Made by a program: the position numbers and the translations under genes. Below, one piece after another: positions 57,916 through 64,000 of a stretch of 64,000 nt of DNA. Origin of the DNA: Treponemataceae bacterium (GTDB taxonomy: Bacteria; Spirochaetota; Spirochaetia; Treponematales; Rectinemataceae); assembly GCA_963667725.2 (NCBI GenBank), contig CAXXHO010000003.1, positions 288,001 through 352,000 of the forward strand, read 5' to 3'. A model generated the notes under the pieces. It was given only the letters and a program-made list of their open reading frames with translations, did not search any database and had not been told where the DNA came from. Numbering within the stretch: position 1 is the first letter of the stretch; each line of letters starts with the position of its first letter.

Positions 57916-58101
57916 TTAGTCGCCATCTCCACCACATTCACCATCACCATGACAATCAGAACCAATATCACTGCAATCAGTAGATGCAGAATTCGTTGTA
58001 GGGATTACTGATTCTTGTAGTTGCTGACTGGAAACTCTATTCCAATGAGCATATTGCATTTGAATCTTAGCGATCTTCTCATCTAAAGCTAAATCAGACA
58101 T
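57916..58101 (-). CDS. Putative RiPP precursor peptide (61 aa; Cys/Asp/Gly-repeat core)
   Basis: AGAGGAGG RBS; core DCSDIGS-DCHGDG-ECGGDGD; immediately upstream of the rSAM gene. Confidence 0.8.
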   Translation of the reverse strand: MSDLALDEKIAKIQMQYAHWNRVSSQQLQESVIPTTNSASTDCSDIGSDCHGDGECGGDGD

Positions 58102-58551
58102 AATTGGCCTCCTCTAAAGTTTTATACATTGAAGTCTGGATGAATACTTCGCAACAAATAAAATAGTCCAGCTCCCTTTTGTTTGCTAATAGTATACAAC
58201 TAATATTTAAAAATGCAACAACAATTGATACTATCTATTGCTTTTGTAAAAATGGGAAGATGTGTCATAAGGATACAATTTTATTGTGGTACCCTTTCGG
58301 GCATAAAAGTAAAGCAAAAGACTTGCATATTCTTTTAATTTATATTAAGTCCTTTCATGTTTGCAGCGAGAAAGATATTAAAGAAAAATTGGTATCGGCG
58401 ATAAGAAGTCCGTGTAAGTCTAATTTTCCCAAGTAATTCAAGCTTCACATAATATAAGGCAGTGATGATTCTTCAGAGGGTTGGAATCGATGCAATTGCC
58501 TCCATAAATATATGTTCCTTACTTATTAAAATTGAATAATGAGATTGTTCT

Positions 58552-60885
58552 TTATGCCACTTTTGGTATTGCCCCCAACAAGTAGAGATATTGTTGAAAT
58601 CCAGTGAAGGTTTTACCTATATCTTCTCCAAGGTCTGCCACTGCATCAGAAATAGAGTCATTGTACTTCAACCTAAGTAGGGATGTAAGTTTTTCAACCG
58701 CTAGTTCTTCAACTCCGACTGAGATGTAATGGCCTAAGACAAATTCAAGGAATCCCTTCTGTTTGGTAGAGAACCTATCAGACATAATTTTCTTTGCTTC
58801 TGAAGCCCTTTCCTCCCGTGTAAACGTAGGCATTGCATACGCAACAAAGGCGAGCACATCAAAGATATCACTCTTCTCAGCTTCAATAATCTTCTGCATT
58901 TCTTCAAGCTGTGTTTTCCCAAATCCATTCTCTGCAAGTCCTTCAAGCAGTTTTTTTCTTGTGATGGGGGAACTCCACAAATCTCGCAACTCAGCCTCAC
59001 TCTTGAAAAAGTCAGGTAGCTTTCCGAAAAGCACTTCCATGAACTGCTGAGCTGACATTGGAGTACCATCAGGATGCCAGAAAGTAGTACACATCATGTG
59101 CTGTATCGTTCGTTCCTTCCCATCTGCAAGCTTCACTTTTATTTTGGCTGGCCTCTCGACTGGAGGTTCAAGCGGTGGTTTTTGTTTTTTCTCAGGGATA
59201 GGAGTGTGTTCTTGTTTGGGGTCAGGCTCTACTGGTTCTCCATCCCAATCTTCATCATGGAAGTGTAGATGGGCTTTTACAAAGTCATGGATAGTAAAGT
59301 AGTCCTTGTTATCGTGAAGCCTCGTTCCTCTGCCAATTATCTGCTTGAACTCGATCATTGAGTTCACGGGGCGCATCAAGACAATGTTCCGAATGTTTCG
59401 AGCGTCTACTCCAGTTGAGAGTTTTTGAGAAGTTGTAAGGATGGTAGGAATAGTCTTTTCATTGTCTTGGAATTCACGGAGATGGGTATCCCCTATCTCA
59501 CCTTCATCTGAGGTAACTCTATGGCAATAATCAGGGGATGTACTAGTCTTCATCTGGTTTATCAAATCTCTGACTGCAAGGGCATGGGCTTGGGTTGCAC
59601 AGAATACAATTGTCTTTTCAGATTGACTGATCTGATCCATGAAGAGTTTTACCCTGACGGCCTCTCTCTCCCTGATCTCGATTATCTTATTAAACTCAGC
59701 CTCTGTGTACCTACGTCCTGTATCAATCTCTCCTTGGAGCACATCATCATCAGCGGTATAGACGTATTCATCAAGAGAAGTCGTATATTCCTTGACCCTG
59801 AAGGGAGTGAGGAAGCCATCGTTGATACCTTCTTTAAGAGAGTATGTATAGACTGGCTCTCCAAAGTAAGCGTAGGTATCTATGTTTTCAGTTCGCTTCG
59901 GGGTTGCAGTAAGCCCAAGTTGTACAGCAGGGGAGAAGTATTCAAGGATTTCTCGCCATGTGCTCTCATCATTCGCGCCACCTCTATGACACTCATCTAT
60001 AACAATGAAATCAAAAAAGTCTTTGGGGTAGTTTCCAAAGTAGGGGGAGGGTTTTCCATTTACAGGTTGCCCACTCATGAACGTCTGGAAGATTGTAAAG
60101 AAGATGCTACCGTTTGTAGGTACTCTTTGCCTAAGCTTTATTTCTGATGGTTTAATTCTTATCATCGCATCATCAGCAAAAGCGTTAAATGAAGAGAAAT
60201 CATTATAGGCTTGGCTAGCTAAGTTGTTTCTATCCGCTAGGAATAGGATTCGCGGGCGACGTGTTGGCTGTCCACTCAGATTCCACCAAGATTTGAATAA
60301 CTTCCATGCTATTTGAAAAGCGATAGCAGTCTTCCCTGTACCAGTAGCAAGGGTAAGCAGAATGCGTTTTTCGTTTTTTGCAATCTTCTCAAGCACTCTG
60401 TTTACTGCTGTTTCTTGGTAGTAGCGAATATCCCAGGTACCACCTTTGTCAGGGAATGCAGTTTCGGTGAATCTATTACGCCATTCATTTACCTGCTCAA
60501 AAGTTCGATTCCAAAGCTCTTCCGGTGTTGGAAACTTAGGCACATCCTCTTCTTTTCCAGTGAGCATATCAATTGCATAGATGCCCCTACCGTTTGTTGA
60601 ATATGTAAACCTTATAGATAGTTTTGAGGCATAGTTCTTAGCTTGTCCAACTCCTTCAGAGACTTCTTGGCCATACGCTTTTGCTTCAATGGTGGCAAGC
60701 CGAATATTCTTATACACGAGGACATAGTCAGCAGTAAGAGGCTTTCCTCTTCTTCCTTGACTGCCTTCGAGTCTGCCAGGATAGATGGGGTATTCTCGTC
60801 TTATTTGGCTATTCTCAACTGTTCCCCATCCAGATAAAGCGAGGGAAGGATCGATATACTCAGCACGTGTTTCGGCTTCATTCAT
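58552..60885 (-). CDS. hsdR: Type I restriction enzyme R subunit (EcoEI/EcoAI-like)
   Basis: ADY...IEAK nuclease, LATGTGKT, DECH, GLTATP, QIIGRGTR. Confidence 0.93.
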   Translation of the reverse strand: MNEAETRAEYIDPSLALSGWGTVENSQIRREYPIYPGRLEGSQGRRGKPLTADYVLVYKNIRLATIEAKAYGQEVSEGVGQAKNYASKLSIRFTYSTNGRGIYAIDMLTGKEEDVPKFPTPEELWNRTFEQVNEWRNRFTETAFPDKGGTWDIRYYQETAVNRVLEKIAKNEKRILLTLATGTGKTAIAFQIAWKLFKSWWNLSGQPTRRPRILFLADRNNLASQAYNDFSSFNAFADDAMIRIKPSEIKLRQRVPTNGSIFFTIFQTFMSGQPVNGKPSPYFGNYPKDFFDFIVIDECHRGGANDESTWREILEYFSPAVQLGLTATPKRTENIDTYAYFGEPVYTYSLKEGINDGFLTPFRVKEYTTSLDEYVYTADDDVLQGEIDTGRRYTEAEFNKIIEIREREAVRVKLFMDQISQSEKTIVFCATQAHALAVRDLINQMKTSTSPDYCHRVTSDEGEIGDTHLREFQDNEKTIPTILTTSQKLSTGVDARNIRNIVLMRPVNSMIEFKQIIGRGTRLHDNKDYFTIHDFVKAHLHFHDEDWDGEPVEPDPKQEHTPIPEKKQKPPLEPPVERPAKIKVKLADGKERTIQHMMCTTFWHPDGTPMSAQQFMEVLFGKLPDFFKSEAELRDLWSSPITRKKLLEGLAENGFGKTQLEEMQKIIEAEKSDIFDVLAFVAYAMPTFTREERASEAKKIMSDRFSTKQKGFLEFVLGHYISVGVEELAVEKLTSLLRLKYNDSISDAVADLGEDIGKTFTGFQQYLYLLGAIPKVA

Positions 60886-60894
60886 AGGATATCC

Positions 60895-62046
60895 TTATAG
60901 GTTCCCTGTGAAGGCTTCATTCAATATAGATTTCTTGAGAGCTTCGAGTTCAATTATCTTCCGCTTGATAACCGATTCAAGTAATGTAATTTCATCTTTT
61001 AGCATATTCAGTTCATGGACTATTTCCTGTTGCTTTTGTAGTGGTGGTAGATGGATGGGGAAGTTACGAAGATATCCTAATCCTACAAACTTTTGCGTTG
61101 AACCTCTAGCATCATTCATCATCTTAGTAATAACTGCACTAGAAGAAAGGTAATATTGTAAAAACTCACTACTCTGAGAACTAGGTATTTTAAAAAGTGC
61201 AACATTTTTAATTGCAAAATTTGGCTCAACTGCAACCAATGTTGGATTTCCAATCGTTCCGATCATTGCAAAAAGTACATCACCCCTGTCTACAGCACTT
61301 CTTTTATTAATTTGAAGAAAGTCTTCCTCGCTAATTAAGCTAACATCATCAAAACTCAATCCATTCGTTTTTAAATTTTTGGAAGTTATAAGAGGATAGC
61401 CAGTCTTATGGTACTTAGGAGAATCATGTGTTCCATCCCTAACATCATAATATTCTCCGAGAGTTCCATCATTCCAGTCATTGCTTTGTCTTGTAAAAAT
61501 TAAATGTAAATAGCTTTCAAATAAATTATGAGCATTTTTTAGATTCTTCTCTGCATTTGCCTTGGCTATGGCTATTCCCTCAAATGCTTCATCGAGGATT
61601 TTAACAATGCGTTGTTGCTCTGACATCGGAGGGACAAATATCTCAAATCCTAAAAGGGAGTTGACGTTAGCTCTTGGCATCCGAGCACCTGTAGAGGTCG
61701 AACTAATTTTAGCTACTGTCGAGTAAGACATAAGCCAGTATTGTAAAAATGAACGTGTTATATTCGGTTTTGGTTTTAGTGGCATTATTTCTGTTGAGCA
61801 ATGACCATTAAAATCTGGTGCATATACTTTATTTAGATAGGGGCGTAATCTCCCATATAATAGATGTTCGGTTGAAAATGAAAATGTAGAACTCTTTACA
61901 TCCTGAGGTAGTTTGGAACCAATAAACCTTCCTGTATTAGATTCGATATCTTCCAACCCTACATATGGTAATCCTTTGAAAATCTTTTGTATTTTTTCTA
62001 TAATACATACATCTGCGATTTTCATTTTTTCCCATACACTTTTCAC
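60895..62046 (-). CDS. hsdS: Type I R-M specificity subunit
   Basis: Two TRDs, each followed by PP..(E/K)Q..IV..L conserved helices; ends AFTGNL. Confidence 0.92.
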   Translation of the reverse strand: MKSVWEKMKIADVCIIEKIQKIFKGLPYVGLEDIESNTGRFIGSKLPQDVKSSTFSFSTEHLLYGRLRPYLNKVYAPDFNGHCSTEIMPLKPKPNITRSFLQYWLMSYSTVAKISSTSTGARMPRANVNSLLGFEIFVPPMSEQQRIVKILDEAFEGIAIAKANAEKNLKNAHNLFESYLHLIFTRQSNDWNDGTLGEYYDVRDGTHDSPKYHKTGYPLITSKNLKTNGLSFDDVSLISEEDFLQINKRSAVDRGDVLFAMIGTIGNPTLVAVEPNFAIKNVALFKIPSSQSSEFLQYYLSSSAVITKMMNDARGSTQKFVGLGYLRNFPIHLPPLQKQQEIVHELNMLKDEITLLESVIKRKIIELEALKKSILNEAFTGNL

Positions 62047-63545
62047 AACAAACCCCTAATCTTCTCTAATACCCTTGCACTCTCATCGTCCAACCTGACT
62101 ATCTCATCAAGTATATCTTTAGGACTTCGATGAAATACTTCTTCATTTCCATTAGGATTCTTTACAGAAAGATCAAAGGAGATCTTATCCACATCACCAA
62201 TTTTGATACTCCAAGACTTTGGAGAATCTTCAAACTTCTTCGATAGCTTCACAAAGTCTGCAAGGTCTTCATCATTGAGTGGGTTTGTCTTGCCAAGAGT
62301 TCTGCCGGGATCAAGCTGGTAATACCATATCTTCCGGGTAGGTTCTCCCTTTTGAAAGAAGAGAATGACCGTCTTTACTCCAGCCCCTTGGAATGTTCCT
62401 GAAGGGCAATCGAGGATAGCTGTGAGGTTGCAGCTCTCAAGAAGCAGTTTCCGCAGGGAAGTCGAAGCATTGTCGGAGTTGGATAGGAATGTATTCTTAA
62501 TCACAATCCCTGCTCGTCCCCCTGCTTTAAGCATCTTTATAAAGTGCTGAAGGAAAAGAAATGCAGTCTCTCCTGTACGGATAGGGAAGTTCTGTTGGAC
62601 TTCGGGGCGTTCACTCCCCCCAAAAGGAGGATTTGCTAGGCATATATCTACTCTATCTTTCTCCTGTATGTCAGATAGGTTTTCTGTAAGTGTATTCGTG
62701 TGGATGATATTAGGTGCATCAATGCCATGAAGAATCATGTTCATTATAGCGATGACGTATGCGAGAGATTTTTTCTCCTTCCCGATGAAGGTTTTTTCTT
62801 GCAGTATCTTTACATCTTTGGTGGTAAGCTCTTTCGATTCTTTCATGTAGTTGAAAGACTCACAGAGGAATCCGGCTGAACCTACAGCCCCGTCGTATAC
62901 CTTCTCCCCTATCTGAGGCTTTACAACTTGTATCATGGCTCGGATTAACGGACGAGGAGTGTAGTACTCTCCCCCATTCCTTCCTGCATTGCCCATGTTC
63001 TTAATCTTGGCTTCATAGAGATGGGAGAGTTCAAACTTGTCAGATTGAGATCTGAACTTCAACTCATCGATATGGTCGAGGATGTCCCTCAAACTATAAC
63101 CCGACTGGATCTTGTTCTTGATCTCTCCAAAGATTTCACCAATCTTGTACTCGATTGTATTAGACCCTGAAGCTCTGCCCTTGAAGCCGTGAAGGTATGG
63201 AAACAGCTTCTGGTTCACAAAACCTATTAGGTCATCCCCAACCATCGCCTTGTTGTGGTCGAGCTTCCCATCTTTACCCTTTGGAGCTGCCCATGACTCC
63301 CATCGGTAAGGTTTTTCTAGGATATAGGAGTATATGCGGCCTTCTAGTTTAGCTTCAGTAGCTCTATCTTCCTCTAAGCCATCGAGATATTTGAGGAAGA
63401 GTAGCCATGAGGTTTGCTCAGTGTAATCAAGTTCGGTAGTACAACCAGCTTCTTTATGGAGGATGTCATCGATGTTCTTGAAGGCTTGCTCAAAGTTGTT
63501 TACTGGAACTATTTTGTTATCTGAGTTAGCTTTAGTCCTCGCCAT
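62043..63545 (-). CDS. hsdM: Type I R-M N6-adenine methyltransferase
   Basis: GEYYTPR, YDGAVGSAGFL, NPPF. Confidence 0.94.
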   Translation of the reverse strand: MARTKANSDNKIVPVNNFEQAFKNIDDILHKEAGCTTELDYTEQTSWLLFLKYLDGLEEDRATEAKLEGRIYSYILEKPYRWESWAAPKGKDGKLDHNKAMVGDDLIGFVNQKLFPYLHGFKGRASGSNTIEYKIGEIFGEIKNKIQSGYSLRDILDHIDELKFRSQSDKFELSHLYEAKIKNMGNAGRNGGEYYTPRPLIRAMIQVVKPQIGEKVYDGAVGSAGFLCESFNYMKESKELTTKDVKILQEKTFIGKEKKSLAYVIAIMNMILHGIDAPNIIHTNTLTENLSDIQEKDRVDICLANPPFGGSERPEVQQNFPIRTGETAFLFLQHFIKMLKAGGRAGIVIKNTFLSNSDNASTSLRKLLLESCNLTAILDCPSGTFQGAGVKTVILFFQKGEPTRKIWYYQLDPGRTLGKTNPLNDEDLADFVKLSKKFEDSPKSWSIKIGDVDKISFDLSVKNPNGNEEVFHRSPKDILDEIVRLDDESARVLEKIRGLL

Positions 63546-63855
63546 GCTGTAAAGTTCCTTTCTTTTACTTATTTATAAGACAGTATACTCCCATCAATTC
63601 GACTGCGCCAGAAGAAAACTGCTAAACAAACAGATATGAGGTTAGGTTTGTACGTGCAAATTGTTGAGCAATAGACCCTTCACCTTTCACCAAAGAAGAA
63701 TAACTGTAATAATCATATAGAAATAGGATTGGTGAAAGGATAATAGGTTTTTATATGTGAGCTTTTCACTAGACAGTTTTTTCATATACAAGCTCAAATA
63801 AGCTATTATCTTATTAGGTTAGTAATAAATAGATATAAGACCAATAAATACCCGA

Positions 63856-63883
63856 TTGACTTCATAGTAGGTCGAGGTATACT
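63856..63883 (+). promoter_or_regulatory. Putative sigma70 promoter pointing out of the window
   Basis: TTGACT-16bp-TATACT. Confidence 0.4.
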
Positions 63884-64000
63884 GATAATAATTTAGTATC
63901 TAAAACAATAATAGATACGATGAGTGTTTTCATTCTGTTTCGGCGAAGAGAGCCCCGCGTATCTGTTGGGTGCTAAAAAACTTAGTTGCCTATAAGGACA

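Noticed and set aside
57909..57971. N-terminal extension of the rSAM ORF (MILVLIVMVMV...) as a TM or signal segment
   Set aside because: It is an alternate-frame reading of the precursor's GAT/GGT repeats; ATG 57908 fits better.
58552..63545. Phase-variable (shufflon) type I R-M
   Set aside because: Single hsdS, with no extra TRDs, inverted repeats or recombinase in the window.
1..64000. CRISPR array, rRNA, riboswitch or selenocysteine recoding
   Set aside because: No spaced direct repeats, rRNA-like sequence or in-frame TGA in conserved genes were seen. The 2580-2670 leader matched no riboswitch I recognise; an Rfam search would be needed.

Overview
64 kb of a probably anaerobic, spirochaete-like bacterial chromosome; the taxon is inferred from gene content (DUF3798, BspA lipoprotein) and not verified. 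By eye there are three compositional zones. (1) 1-37.1 kb is GC-rich metabolic DNA: a sugar oxidoreductase/epimerase/MFS cluster, a 2-oxoacid:acceptor oxidoreductase operon whose delta subunit contains a GltD-like flavoprotein, lipoate ligase, PG deacetylase + bactofilin, xanthine-dehydrogenase-family genes, a 1412-aa PPDK-like/phospho-His/PGK fusion, a LysR-DUF5058-D-aminoacylase unit, a GlpA-like trio, and a sugar ABC/isomerase operon with a hybrid DeoR regulator. (2) 37.2-46.6 kb has intermediate GC: a HigBA-type pair broken by a decayed IS3, then a CdaR-DUF6305-DctM-like-deacylase-C69 peptidase-glycerate kinase cluster. (3) 46.6-64 kb is AT-rich: an intact IS3, the 3' half of tRNA-Ala(CGC) marking the att end of an integrated island, and island cargo (XRE regulator, BspA lipoprotein, IS200 remnant, AbiGi-like protein, Prim-Pol, radical SAM/SPASM + Cys/Asp/Gly-repeat peptide, type I R-M). 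The best candidates for new biology are the PPDK-PGK fusion (possible phosphoglycerate-type dikinase) and the rSAM-peptide pair (probable new thioether RiPP). All family calls come from motif recognition by eye; no searches were run.
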